A stretch of DNA of 64,000 nucleotides, filler included, from Circinaria calcarea (Eukaryota), in assembly GCA_051942165.1 (NCBI GenBank). It is 43 parts of 43 records of this genome, joined end to end, with 100 filler letters (N's around TTAATTAATTAA, not from the genome) between each part and the next. Parts side by side here need not be neighbours in the genome. Positions count along the whole stretch, not along the records: positions 50,850 to 52,232 come from JAVECS010004798.1; positions 52,333 to 53,714 come from JAVECS010004799.1; positions 53,815 to 55,195 come from JAVECS010004800.1; positions 55,296 to 56,675 come from JAVECS010004801.1; positions 56,776 to 58,154 come from JAVECS010004802.1; positions 58,255 to 59,633 come from JAVECS010004803.1; positions 59,734 to 61,111 come from JAVECS010004804.1; positions 61,212 to 62,588 come from JAVECS010004805.1; 35 more parts are not named here. One strand, 5' to 3'. Made by a program: the position numbers and the translations under genes. This document shows positions 50,750-63,424 of the stretch, piece by piece. Positions within the stretch are counted from its first letter, which is position 1; each line of letters starts with the position of its first letter. Under the pieces are notes generated by a model. That model was not told where the DNA came from. It worked only from the letters and a program-made list of their open reading frames with translations, and did not search any database.

Positions 50750-50849
50750 NNNNNNNNNNNNNNNNNNNNNNNNNNNNNNNNNNNNNNNNNNNNTTAATTA
50801 ATTAANNNNNNNNNNNNNNNNNNNNNNNNNNNNNNNNNNNNNNNNNNNN

Positions 50850-51458
50850 ACTGGGTGCTAGCGGCTCCGGTATTGTCAACCCGTTGCGTGTGCAAGTCGA
50901 GAAGCAGAAAAAGAAACCCGATTCCGAAGGAGGTGGATTCGTCGGTCCTGGCGGAAGAGGCAAGATTATCGGCGGGAAGAAGAAGGGCGGGGTTGACGCC
51001 GATGCGGAGCTAGGGAAATTTGGGGCGATGAGTGAGGTTATAATTCTGAGGGGAATGATGGATGGAATGGATTTGGACGCTGAGATAGAGGGATCTGGGG
51101 ACGGGGGAATTATGCAGGAGATTGGAGAGGAATGCGGGGAGAAGGTAAAGGATCAGATGCTCGCTTTCACCATTGTGACGATTCAGAGCTGACATTGTCC
51201 CAAGTACGGTCGAGTCGAGAGGGTATTCATTGATCGAAGCAGCCCTGCAAGTGCACTGGTCTTTGTCAAGTTTACGAGTCAGCTGTCGGCTCTCAGGGTA
51301 TGTTTTAGCAGTAGCCCGCGTGGAGTGTTTGTTATCTCTACTGACGGTGTGTCCTTACCTAGGCGGTCAATGCTCTAGAAGGCAGGGTCTTTAACGGTAA
51401 TACCATCTCGGCTCGATTCTTCGATACGGACAAGTTCGAAAAAGGGCAGTATGCTTGA
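50850..51458 (+). CDS. SPF45/RBM17-like splicing factor (G-patch end plus C-terminal UHM/RRM), two introns
   Basis: LGASGSGIVNPL; SEVIILRGM; EIGEECGEK|YGRVERVFI; VFVKFTSQLSALR|AVNALEGRVFNGNTISARFFD. Confidence 0.88.
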
Positions 51459-54400
51459 TTTTTTACGGTGGGATTTCGAAGCAGATCGTCCGGAAAAGGG
51501 TGAGAGTTGACAAAATGTCATTATTCTAGCTTTTGGCTCGTGCTCTTTTGCTCCATGTCAAAATCATACCGCAAACCAGATCTTCCGTTTATCTCATGGA
51601 GACTGTTGGCAACCAAATCAGTTGATTGTAGCCAAATTTAGTCCCTCGAATTTTTATATCCATCCCCTCCCTTAAGAGCCCCCCACCGGGGGGAGGCAAA
51701 ACCGTTTCGTATAGGTCTGAAAAGGGTAACTCCAAACTTCTCCTTCCTCTTTCCCTCTTCCTCCTCCTCACTTACCACCTGTCCTCGTATCCGTATCCCT
51801 CGTATCTTCACATCCCTCGTATCCCTCACATCACCTCTCGTCACGTCGCATCTTGAGAATGGAAGAATGGGGACAAACCCCTTACCATCCCCATCCCCAT
51901 CCCCAGGGTACTCCGTACTCGAAAAAAAATAGATAATTTTTTTTTAAAAAACAGTAACCGATACTCGGCTTTTTTTCTTTCTTCTTCTTCTTCTTCTTCC
52001 AATTTTTCCCCCAGAATAAAATCAGAATTGTAAACGCAACGGGGCATTGTGTTGTTGTGTTTGTATTTAACAATGGTAAGAAGGACCCCCCAAAAAGAAA
52101 AGGAAAAAAAGAGGAAATGGGTAAAAGTGTCATGTCATGTTCAGTTTCAGGTTCGCTCGTTGTAAAAATTTAATACTTATATGGTACTGGTATATAACAG
52201 ATGAACAAACGGGAGGGAAGCCCCTTTTGCTTNNNNNNNNNNNNNNNNNNNNNNNNNNNNNNNNNNNNNNNNNNNNTTAATTAATTAANNNNNNNNNNNN
52301 NNNNNNNNNNNNNNNNNNNNNNNNNNNNNNNNGATATGGGGAATAATGATGAGCAGGGGGTGCTTTTGATGAATCATGACGAATCTTTTTTTTTTTCTCC
52401 TCCCTCCCGGGAAGAAATAATAGGCTTTGCTGTATCTCATCACCTGAGCTGAGCATAGGTGAAATGTTTTGTAGAAAAGTCGCTTAATTTTCCTTCTTCT
52501 TCTCGTCGGAGCTTTGTTTGACATTTGAAAGGGAGATGGATCGCATTTTCGAAAGTAGAGTAGCTTAAGCTTAGCTAGACCTACCTACCTACCTACCTAC
52601 CTACCTACCTCTAGCCCGGCCACCTTTTTTATTTTGTTTTTATTTCTTTAGCCAGCTTCGCCGTATTTGCACTTGCCCTTCCTGATCTAGTCCCTGGTCC
52701 CTGGGGGAGAGGGAGAAGAAACTTTGAATTTGGACTTTTATACTTTTTTATATATATATAACTATTTGCCCTGGATTCTACCATACGGACTAAGGGGAAT
52801 TCATTCATTGTGTTTACTTGTGGCGAGGTAGATGTAGTGATTTAGGATAATTTGGGGGGGGTGGGGTTTTGGATTTTTTTTGGTCCTTTAGAACCCCCGT
52901 AATAAAACGGATAACCCGAAAATTTGCAACGAGAGCTAATCAAAATGCTTCTGTGGATTTAGGTAGGTAGATAGGGTAAGTAGGTAGGTAGAGTGTAGGG
53001 TAGGGTGGGTAGTGGTAGTTGTGAATGCCCCTTTTCCCTTTTCCCTTCCTTCGCTCCTTTCCCCGCAATAAACCTTAAAAAAAAAAAAAAAAAAAAAGGG
53101 AGGGAAGGCGAACAGATAAGTAATCTATATCTAACTCCTTCCCCCCTTTCCTCCTGGGCGGGTGAGAATAGAGATATGTCTTATGTATATCTAGGTAAAT
53201 CCTCCGCGCCTCCAACCCCGAACTCTCAACTCCCAACATCCAAATTCCAAATTCCAACCTCCCAAACTCCCAACTCCAGACCCCCCCCCCCTTTCGTACT
53301 CCATCGCTGTATCGGTATTGAATGGGGATTGGATAGATCATAACGTGAAAAAGGACTTTTGGACGGAGGGAAGAAAAAGGAGACGCGGTGTGGATTATAG
53401 AGCAGGATCCCTGACCTTGATTCAGGTCATGATCAATGAGATTTGGGAACGAGGAAAAGGAAGGGGGGGTTTGGTGGATGTGTGGGTAAGATGAACGAGA
53501 TGGAGACGTGGTGTTTTGGTAAGAAAAATCACGTGACCGAGAGGTTGGAGTGAGGGGTATTTGGTGAGAGAGGGAAAGCGTTATAGTAGCTACTTGATAG
53601 GAATTACATAGAATTGCAATCGAGAAGTTCCGGTGAGCACGGGGTCGGAAGGTTATGAGATCAGTTTGCCAACGGCTGCTCAGCGGAGCTAATTGAGCTC
53701 TGACAGGTAATTTTNNNNNNNNNNNNNNNNNNNNNNNNNNNNNNNNNNNNNNNNNNNNTTAATTAATTAANNNNNNNNNNNNNNNNNNNNNNNNNNNNNN
53801 NNNNNNNNNNNNNNTCGTAGCGGACCTCGTATCCTAAGCTCGTACTCCGCAGCAAGCGCCCGCCCGAGGAGGAGGAGGAGGAGGAGGAGGAGGAAAGATG
53901 TATAAACCCCCTGCCTGCCTTCTCTTTCATTCACCTTTCTTTTTTTCGGTCTTCCCTTCCTTGGGCTATGAAAGCTGATTGATAACTACGAAAACCACGA
54001 AAGACCTTGAAGACCTCCCAAAAAATAAATCCAAACCCTCCCCCCCCGGGTCCTGAGCGGAAGCATTACCGATTACGTATTCTTGATTCAGGTACGTATT
54101 ACGCGGGATAAGGGTAGATTTAGGATAGGAAGATATTCCTATTTGTGGGGGGGTTTTTAGTGGTGGCGGTGCGGGTGATGGGGGAGTAGGTGGTAGAAAG
54201 GTCCCTGGAGATTGGAGACCTTTGGTATTGGGTTATGGGATAGATGAATCTATCCCGCCTTCTGTTCTCGCAGGTTGTGGATTCGGTAGGAGAGAGGACA
54301 GATAGAGTTTTAAGGGGGATAGGGTTGGATATAGAGGACTTGGATTGAGAGCTTGGGCGGGCTGGGGTTAGAGGAAGATGCCTGGGGAGGTTTGGAGGAA

Positions 54401-55295
54401 TGGGGGAAGACAGATAGACGGAGATTCGGGGACGGAGAAGGAGAGGCGGAGAGAAGATCTATGGAGAAAATTGCGGAGAAAGGCAGACGGAGGAAGACAT
54501 GGAGAAGGGCAGACGGAGAAAGGGAGATGAAGGAACTTGAGACAGAAGGGATGTGAGATCGGGCAAGGTCGAGGCTATAGGCCTATCTAGCGATGAGCTG
54601 GTGTATGCTCACATCCTGACAAGTTCCTGGTTCAAGAGGAGATGGCTGCGAGGCCCAATGGGTAAGTTTGGCATGGCCTTTTGTTCAGCACTTTGGCGGC
54701 ATTCATTCCGCTTGTCCTGTGTGTTGGAAGGTAGAGGAATCGCAAACTACACCCATAAGTCATCCGAAGAAACCGAATACGAGAGATCGAGTAGCCAAGG
54801 CCAAGGTAGGCAGAAAGCTTCCGTCTCGTTGGCACTGAGTTGGCATATCGAGCTCATCTCTCGTAAGCCCCTGCTTGCAAAGAGGGGAGGGGGTGTAAGC
54901 CCCGATGAGTATTGGGGAGTGGGTTGAACCGGTTTAGCAATGGGATCGGGAAGCCTTCTCTGCTGTAAGAGGTGGTTTTTGGTGTGTTGGCAGGGGATCG
55001 AAGATGAAATAACGGGGCCAGAGCAAACAGGAAAGACGGACACAGTAAGTCAATCTGATTAGTGATGAGCTGGAATACGATGTCCTCCCTGGCAAAGCGC
55101 CTTTTGATAGAGCGTATCTGGTATATTGCGGGGTAAGAACCAAAAGAAGGGGAGGGGAGGTGTAAGCGAGGATCGAGATATCGATTCAATTGCCGNNNNN
55201 NNNNNNNNNNNNNNNNNNNNNNNNNNNNNNNNNNNNNNNTTAATTAATTAANNNNNNNNNNNNNNNNNNNNNNNNNNNNNNNNNNNNNNNNNNNN

Positions 55296-55778
55296 AAGGA
55301 TCTCAGATGCCGTTCATGCACCTCCCTCGCCGACTGGGCGGCCTTGACCAAGAAGAAAATCCCCCCTTCCACCTCCACCACCACGCCCAATAAAGCCATC
55401 ACCTCCTCCTCCTCGCCCTCCGAATATCCTTCGGACTGCCCCCCCGACGTCAACACCCTAGGCAATCATACATGGACTCTGCTGCACAGCATCTCTGCCT
55501 CCTATCCGCCTCGCGCTTCCACAACCCAGCAGTCCGAAATGAAGCAATTCCTCTCCCTTTTCTCAAAGCTCTACCCGTGCTGGTCCTGCGCGGACGACTT
55601 CCGGGAGTGGATGAGCAGGGTGGGGAACGAGCCACGGGTGGAAGGCAGAGAGGGGTTGGGAAAATGGATGTGCGAGGCGCATAATGAGGTTAATCGGAAA
55701 CTGGGGAAGCAAGAGTTTGATTGTGGGAAATGGGAGGAGAGATGGAGAACAGGCTGGAAGGATGGGAGTTGCGATTGA
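55296..55778 (+). CDS. ERV1: Mitochondrial FAD-linked sulfhydryl oxidase (5' truncated)
   Basis: CRSC, CPPDVNTLG..TWTLLH, YPCWSCA, WMCEAHNEVNRKLGKQEFDC, ERWRTGW. Confidence 0.95.
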   Translation, partial: KDLRCRSCTSLADWAALTKKKIPPSTSTTTPNKAITSSSSPSEYPSDCPPDVNTLGNHTWTLLHSISASYPPRASTTQQSEMKQFLSLFSKLYPCWSCADDFREWMSRVGNEPRVEGREGLGKWMCEAHNEVNRKLGKQEFDCGKWEERWRTGWKDGSCD

Positions 55779-56140
55779 GAGTGTGACGGGAAATAACATG
55801 ATTGGTGGGTTAGATGGATTGAATTGGGCATGTATACATGTATAGCATTGCAACACACGGCGTATGTGGGATAGGTTTGAGAGGTGGTCGATATATGCAT
55901 TTCTCTACTCCCCCAATTAGCATGAAAGGATAGCTTTCAACGCTTAATTCCAATCTGATACACAGTTATCATATGCACCCGACACTCTGGTCCAATTTTT
56001 CCCGTCCATGTTTTCTGTAAATATTTTCCTGTAGCATATTACACGACCCGCGCAATACCCCCTTTTCGAACCCGTCCAGATAGTGAGATTTCCAACTTCC
56101 ACCCACTGACACGCGAAGAGAGTTGGCCGGTCATAAAGTC

Positions 56141-56675
56141 TTACTCGATTTGCAAGTGGCCCAGAAGGTGGAAAGCACGGGTTGCTGCGCTATTAAGAGC
56201 ATCCAGGTATGGGCCCGTCTGTGAGCCTAGCCGAACGTCCCCAAGCATGGCTCCTTCGTTGTTGCCAAACAGCCGTGGATGGTAACGATGATATGTGTCC
56301 AGCTGGTGACGCCACCCCACAAGGATGGCGAGTGGTAACTTGGCAGCGGGCAACATTTCCCCAGTCCACCGGGCTGGATCTGCCTCGCGATTTTTTTGGA
56401 CGACCCATCTCGCCGTTTCCGCGCATGACCGTGCCTCGCGAGACACGTGCTCGAGGAAGGATAGGTACCGGAAGCCCCTGTCGGCTATACCGTTGTAGTG
56501 TCGCTGCCAAGCAAACTTCTGGATATGACTCCACCCGTCGTGATGATCATGAAAGTGACGGTCCATTTCTATGCCATTCGGTGGCCACAGATGGTGCACC
56601 CTTGTCTGCCGGTTTTGAACGTTCAGGAGGACGGGCAACATGTTGCCTGGATACAGGTCGGTATTATCACCCATC
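56141..56675 (-). CDS. Hypothetical protein, C-terminal part, convergent with ERV1
   Basis: 177-codon open frame from the contig edge with protein-like composition. Confidence 0.45.
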
Positions 56676-56990
56676 NNNNNNNNNNNNNNNNNNNNNNNNN
56701 NNNNNNNNNNNNNNNNNNNTTAATTAATTAANNNNNNNNNNNNNNNNNNNNNNNNNNNNNNNNNNNNNNNNNNNNAGCCTGGAAAAATTCATTCAGCCGT
56801 TGGTCACGATTAATGAACAGACTTGGAGAATGCGATAAAGCTTTAATTACACTCTCGTTATTTCAATATTTGCCCTGAAATAAAATAAAATAAAACTAGG
56901 TGTTTCCTATCTCGCTAGCGTTTATTCGGGAGGTAGGCTTCGTTACCGCGGGGTATAATATAAAATCCCCAGCTCTAATTCCTTTTTTAA

Positions 56991-57683
56991 ATTTTAACGG
57001 AATTTCGTGCATAGAAGCTTATATTAACGCACTGAATGAGCGCTTTCAAATACTGTTTTATTTGCTGAAATCGGTAAGGGAAATAAAATCATATTCCACT
57101 GCGAAAATGAAAGTGGAGAAACGCTCTTCTACTATGGGAATACTACGCGAAAACTACGTGAAATCCCCACCTTTAATTATTCCATCGATTTTAATAGAAT
57201 TATGTGTATAGAAGCTCATATTAATGCTCTGAATAAGCGCTTTCAAATGCCGTTTCATTTGCCAAAATCGGTAAGGTAGAAAAAATCATATTCAACTGCG
57301 AATTCTGTAGTGTTCGTGGCGGAATGTATGCTCGGTATGCTCGCGAAATCCACTGCAGCGCTGCCAGGTATGTTATTCCCCAGATTAAATTACTCTACGA
57401 ATAACGCCTTAAAATGCGAAATTGAAACGGCTATTTTATCGCTGCATTCAGCTCTATTTAATGCTGTTTTAATATCGAAAATCCGTCGGTGGCGCATGGA
57501 GTTATATAGCAAACAAATAAGCAGTGTAAATAAGCGAAATCGAAACACTATCACATACCTGCAATCGAAATGCGATTATGTGCCTGCCCTTTTTAGCGTG
57601 GACCCTTTATTTTATTAACGTACCCTTTTATCACGTGATTTCCGTTTTCCACTGGACCCTTTATTTTTTTAACGTACCCTTCT
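56991..57683. repeat. AT-rich repeat-element remnant: ~115-bp diverged direct repeat (56991-57105 / 57188-57302) and ~30-bp repeat TGGACCCTTTATTTTWTTAACGTACCCTT (~57599 / ~57652)
   Basis: Both pairs are visible by eye; differences are mostly C/T and G/A. Confidence 0.75.
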
Positions 57684-59460
57684 GCCGTGCTCCCACACAT
57701 ATCCATATATTTAATGCGACATAACTATTGCGCCTTATTATAGATTGTTAACAATAAGGGCTTATTTTAATCGCTGAATCCCGCTCTTTAATTTGAGCCT
57801 CTATTTTTCAAAAACTATTTATTTTTCATGAGTGCATCGAAACTGCAAGTGCGAAAGGGTCTAGGGATCGGATTTTGAAGTTCTTCACGTGATCTCCGTT
57901 TTGCTTGGCGGACCCTTTTTCGATCTTGGCGCTTATTATTTTATTATTTTTAATAATATTATCGAGCTTTATTATAGCGCGACGCCATACCTTAATAAAC
58001 CGAATAATAAAATAAAGTGTCAAGAATAGGGGTTCTACACTGCGTGGAGGAACTAGTATTCGGAGCGGTTGAACTATCCACCGAACGCACATATGGCAGA
58101 GCCTTCTGCCATGTAATTCCATAGTGAAGTCCATACACATAGAGTGGTAGTTACNNNNNNNNNNNNNNNNNNNNNNNNNNNNNNNNNNNNNNNNNNNNTT
58201 AATTAATTAANNNNNNNNNNNNNNNNNNNNNNNNNNNNNNNNNNNNNNNNNNNNGGGGGGGGGATTTTCGGCGAGAATAATGAGGGGATGTGGACCATGA
58301 GGTCTGATGACAAAACAAAATGGAGTATTGGGGGCTCACAGATTGTGAGAACCCGAAAAGGTTGTGCTTTGGATTTTGATCGAGATGGCGATCACAGTAA
58401 GACTATATATGCATTCGGAAGAGCGTGTGGAAGACTGGATATTTCGAAATCGACAGTGTTGGGGTTTGGCGGCTAAGGGATATGTTTGATGGCCAGGGTA
58501 AGAAGAAGTGTCTTATTATCGAGCGTATATGATAGAGGAGAACAGCGTGGTAGGTAAACAGCGAGGGCGTGGAGTTCATACGTTAAAATCAAAGGGGGTA
58601 AATGAACCTAGCCCAGAACCAAAGTAAACCAAAACACCAAAACACCCCTAACCCCAGATTCGAACCCGCGACTGGCGAAAAAATGGCAAAAAAATGGCAA
58701 AACCATAAACCCAGGAAGTCCCAGCGTGACGCAGGCTCGTGAGTAGATGGGGGAAACCCCCTGTTATATATGGTATACAGGTGTTTTTTGCGACCGAGCG
58801 ATGACAGAAGGCAAGCTCAAACCCCGGAAAGGTAGGAGTCCCAATGCACCGGCGAGGGGTGTTTGCTACCACATCCGCAATGTCCGAACCTCGACTTGTT
58901 ACGCCAGAATGCCTTAATTATATATATATATAATTTAATAAGGATTGGGGTCCCCGGGGGCTGAAAGGGCCGAGAGGTCCAATGTTGATTGTTAGGGTTC
59001 CGGGGCATGTGACGAGTAATCGGCTGGTAGTATTGGCGTAGCGGAATAGGGCTGCGCATAGGGAAGCAGCAACGGTTTACTCATAGTAGTGACAGGACTC
59101 TTATTCCGCACCGGTCATAATCTATCTACCTGGCTCTTCTGAGTAAGCTTTTACGTCTTGAAAATGTCTATGTCTAGGAAATGGGGGAATTCTGCTTTGA
59201 AGGGGAGCAATAACCAAGTACATGCTGTCATATCACAAAAGTCATCATTTCCGATGAGAATATTCATTATTGGTCTGATAGGGAAGCATCATGACGACAC
59301 ATTTCATCTTCAGGATTCAAGGATTTAATGTTTACAATATGCCATACATATCCCAAGACTAAGGGGTCAATGAGGACTGATAGTACAGGACATATGAAAC
59401 TATCCGGTTAATAGCATCTAGCACAGTCGACGACAATGTAGAGAATAAAAGATTATGGTC

Positions 59461-59633
59461 TCATACTGAATCTGCCTCCACCCTCTGGCCAACAACCCCA
59501 TCTCGATTCGCCCGCCAGACACCTCCTTCTTCACCACCAAACTCTTCCAGTTTCCAAACCTCTACTTTCTCTTTACAAGCTTCCAATGCTTCTTCACCAG
59601 CTTTCCATGCGGCCTGACGGTGGGGCGAAGATA
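59461..59633 (-). CDS. cnxH: Molybdopterin synthase catalytic subunit (MoaE/MOCS2B), C-terminus
   Basis: [40 protein letters not shown]; stop TGA at 59461. Not in the ORF track. Confidence 0.88.
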
Positions 59634-59733
59634 NNNNNNNNNNNNNNNNNNNNNNNNNNNNNNNNNNNNNNNNNNNNTTAATTAATTAANNNNNNNNNNN
59701 NNNNNNNNNNNNNNNNNNNNNNNNNNNNNNNNN

Positions 59734-61111
59734 CACCGTCCTACCATATCGACTTGCAACCTTGCCGGCTGCTTCTATCAACTTCCCACTCCGATCTCTC
59801 ATCAAGCTGACAATCTCCAGCGCCTTCATTCCTCTGTCTTCTCCTTCTCGGCACTCGACATTGAGAAGCTGCAATAGAACCTTGTCCACTTCGACTTCTT
59901 TCCTTGCCAGCTCGGCTTGCTGACCATGCGATGCATGGGTAGCTGAAAGTAGATCTTCTAGGAGACTTAGCATCAATGAGCTGCGAACAAAGGACTCTTC
60001 AAGCTTCGGTCCATCGGCAGGTACCGCTTCCTCAGGATTCTCCTTAGGAGCCTGGCTAGAGATTGGGATCTTGAAGTCAAATTCACTGAGGAGAGGTCTA
60101 GGGAAGTAGGGATACTTGTCTCCACCCTTCAATATGATGCAGTGAAACTTGTCCTGCGCAACAGCTACAGGCCAGTAGCTTTCCTCTTTACGTCCGCTCG
60201 CAAGACGTTCGAGCAGCTTCGTGTCTAGCAAAGGCACCCATCGCGCCTGACCAGGCATCCGCCAATGTTGCAGGACTAGAAGCACACCTGTTGAGTCATA
60301 GATGCATGGATCTCCATTGTCCGAGAAAAATACACTCTTTACCTCTGTATCATCTGCCAATGCGACAATATCTTCGCTTTGATAGACTTCGTCGCGCTTA
60401 ACGTTTTCAATGGTGTAAAGCAGCTTAGTTGATCCATCGGCGCCAACAGGTCCATTACCCATGGTTAGGACATAATCACGCCACGATACACAAGTGACAG
60501 TCGGAGATGACTTTTGGCGATAGACTCGAAACGGGGTGCCGTAGAGAGTATAAACACGAACATAATTAGCAGAAGTGGTAACTGTGATGAAGGAATCGCT
60601 GAGGGAAATTGCTATTGATGATCAGAATACTTGAAAACTACGCTCTGAGCCAGGCCTACTCACAAGTCACGTCCTCCCCAACAGGTAGCTGGGTACGCCA
60701 ATCTGCTCTCGAAGTCCAGGTCTCATGGGGTCGGTAAAATACCATGGCCGGGTTGCCATTGGCCGGGGGGCAGGAGAAAAGAGTACCGTTATCGTCTATA
60801 TTATATCAGCATATCAAAATTCAAAACACATATCTGCACTTACTTAAGCATGCTTTGTCATATAAATAAGGGTCAGTAAAATGAAAGTCTCGGTGAAGTT
60901 CTCGATCGTAAAATTCGACAGTAACTGTATGATGGGTATCCTGATCGACGGTCCATACAAACCCTATAAGGTTAAGACCTTTACAGAATTAGCCATTAGA
61001 AGCCCTCGGAAAGGGAGAATACCCACATAGATACTTTCGATTGCCTCTCCATGGTGTGCTCCCTGGCTGAAACGCTCGATGTACTCTAGGTTGCCAGCTT
61101 CCATAAACAGC
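59734..61111 (-). CDS. CTF4: Ctf4/SepB/Mcl1 replisome protein, internal fragment with three introns
   Basis: FQPGSTPWRGNRKYL, VEFYDRE, YVRVYTLYGTP, FFSDNGDPCIYD, YWPVAV, KYPYFPRPL. Confidence 0.93.
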
Positions 61112-61787
61112 NNNNNNNNNNNNNNNNNNNNNNNNNNNNNNNNNNNNNNNNNNNNTTAATTAATTAANNNNNNNNNNNNNNNNNNNNNNNNNNNNNNNNN
61201 NNNNNNNNNNNCCAAAAAAAGCAAGGGGTTCAAGTCTCGTGGACTCGACTTCCCTCTCCCTCTCCCTCGGCAATTAATTTATGGTCCTGATCCTGATCCT
61301 GGTTTCTGGTTCCTGGAACCCCAGAAGCAAAAGCAAAAGCAAAAGCCGAAGCCTAAGCCTAAGCCTAAGCCTGGGAAGGGGACATGGGACATGGGACATG
61401 GGGCATGGGGGATCCTAAATCCTAAAATCGTGAATCGTGAATCGTGAGTCGCGAGTCGTGAGGGGAGGAAGGAAGGTGCGATGAACCGGGGACTCTGGGC
61501 TCTTTGCTCCGGCGCCTTGGCCTTTGATCGATGGAAGATTTGTATTTTTTGGGGGGGGGGTTTAAAAAAAATGGAGAGATAGAGGGGCATGGGGAGTTGG
61601 GACGGGACGGGGCAGGGCACATGGTAGGCTCTTGTGATGGAGGGAATCGCAAAAGTGTTTCTTTCTTTCGGCTGAATCTGTCGTACATTATCTACGTGGC
61701 GAGATTTGCCGATTTTACAACAACCATTCATTTCCCTTTGACAATCTCCAACCTCCTCCCCTCCATCTCACCTTCCCAACTATCGCT

Positions 61788-62588
61788 CTATATCCCTCCC
61801 GCCCGCAAACTCCTCCTCCCCTTGGCGCTCCTCCTCCCAATCGTCACCGGATTATTATTAAACACGCTGCCAGGCCCGAAATCCGGCGTACCGCCCAACG
61901 TCCCAAAGATATCCCCAATGTAGTTTGTCGCATTGACGCCGCGGAAAAACGTCGGTTCCCAGCCATGCAAAATGCCTTCCACCACTTTAACGCCGGCGAG
62001 GTAGATGTTATTGAGCGCGGGTTCGAAGCCGCCCTGGTCGACGTAGAGGAGGTTTTCCGTCGCCGCTTGGCCCGGGAAGGGACGGTCAAAGTCCGAGGCC
62101 GTGCGCATGACGATGATGCGGCCGAAATCGGTGAGGTTGTACGCCGCGGCACGGAGGAGGGCCTCGAGCGTGGCGTTGTCTTCCTGCGCCGTGGTGCAGT
62201 AGAGCCCCGTGCCGTTGGTGAAGAGGGCGGTGGTGTTCTCAAAGGTCTCGGAGAGGAGGGTGCCGCTGAAGTAGACGTCCGAGGTCGCGACATCGCAGGC
62301 GACGACGGTGGGTCCGACGCTGCCGGCCGTGTAAGCGGCCGCACTGGCGTAGTTGGCGCGGTAGGCCATGGCGGTGCTGCTGTCATTGAGGGTGGCGGTT
62401 CTGGCGAAGCCGATGGCGAGTTGCCGGAGGGCGTCATTGACTTCGAAGACTTCGGTGCCGTAGATGCTTTGCGGGTATTGGGTCGGGGACGTGCTGCCTA
62501 GGGGCACGTAGCCGGTGGTGAAGTTGGCCGGGATCTCGCGCGCGTCGAACTCGTACTGTAGGGCGACTTGGACGGCGTAGCGGGCGAA
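61788..62588 (-). CDS. Purine nucleoside permease (NUP family), C-terminal part
   Basis: FARYAVQVALQYEFDARE, CDVATSDVYFSG, YCTTAQEDNATLEALLR, RIIVMRTASDFDRP. Confidence 0.9.
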   Translation of the reverse strand, partial: FARYAVQVALQYEFDAREIPANFTTGYVPLGSTSPTQYPQSIYGTEVFEVNDALRQLAIGFARTATLNDSSTAMAYRANYASAAAYTAGSVGPTVVACDVATSDVYFSGTLLSETFENTTALFTNGTGLYCTTAQEDNATLEALLRAAAYNLTDFGRIIVMRTASDFDRPFPGQAATENLLYVDQGGFEPALNNIYLAGVKVVEGILHGWEPTFFRGVNATNYIGDIFGTLGGTPDFGPGSVFNNNPVTIGRRSAKGRRSLRAGGI

Positions 62589-62688
62589 NNNNNNNNNNNN
62601 NNNNNNNNNNNNNNNNNNNNNNNNNNNNNNNNTTAATTAATTAANNNNNNNNNNNNNNNNNNNNNNNNNNNNNNNNNNNNNNNNNNNN

Positions 62689-63424
62689 ATTATGCGCTGG
62701 AGTCACCGTTTTCAACAGTATCCGCAGAATGGGTATCATCGCTGGGGACATAGTCGCAGTCCAAGGATTGGGAGGTCTCGGGCACCTGGGACTTCAGTAT
62801 GCGGCGAAGATGGGGTACAGAGTAGTGGCCTTGTCGAGCAGTGACGCCAAACGCGATTTTGCCCACAAGCTCGGCGCTCACGACTATATCGACGGCAGCA
62901 AGGAGGACCAAGGAGCGGCTTTGGCCAAAATGGGAGGGTGAGACCGTCTGGATGTTCCAACTCAAGGACCCTGCTGAACTAAATTGTAGCGCGGCTTTGA
63001 TTGTTGCCACCGCCCCGAATCCTAAGATTATCCCATCGCTGCTGAATGGCCTGGCGCCTGCTGGAAAGCTGCTGCTATTGGCAGGTAAGTCACTGATGCC
63101 TTATACCGTCACAGCCTGGTATATATGCTGATGTTCATTCTAGTTGCGGGTGACATCCCAGTCAATACAGCCACAATGATTACGAAGGGCCTCTCGGTGG
63201 TTGGATTTCCTTCAGGGCACGCTCTTGATAGTGGTATGTATATCTTCGTCATGCAACGAGTGTTGATTGTGCTAATGATTCATATAGAGGAAGCGATCAG
63301 TTTCGCCCAGATACACGACGTGCATTGCATGGTCGAGAAATATCCTCTGGAAGATGCAAATAAGGCGCTTGATGCTATGCTGGCTGGCAAAGCCCGATTT
63401 AGGGGAGTCCTAGTAATGGAATGA
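62689..63424 (+). CDS. Zinc-binding alcohol dehydrogenase (MDR family), C-terminal part with three introns
   Basis: LCAGVTVFNS, VAVQGLGGLGHLGLQYA, GFPSGHALDS|EEAI.FA, GKARFRGVL. Confidence 0.92.

Noticed and set aside
52333..55195. ORFs in two low-complexity contigs
   Set aside because: Homopolymer- and microsatellite-rich intergenic/UTR-like DNA; the ORFs have no credible protein features.
58640..58680. tRNA or SINE (minus-strand GGTTCGAATC B-box; similar GGTTCAAGTC at ~61227)
   Set aside because: No cloverleaf, A-box or T-stem pairing is found around either motif.
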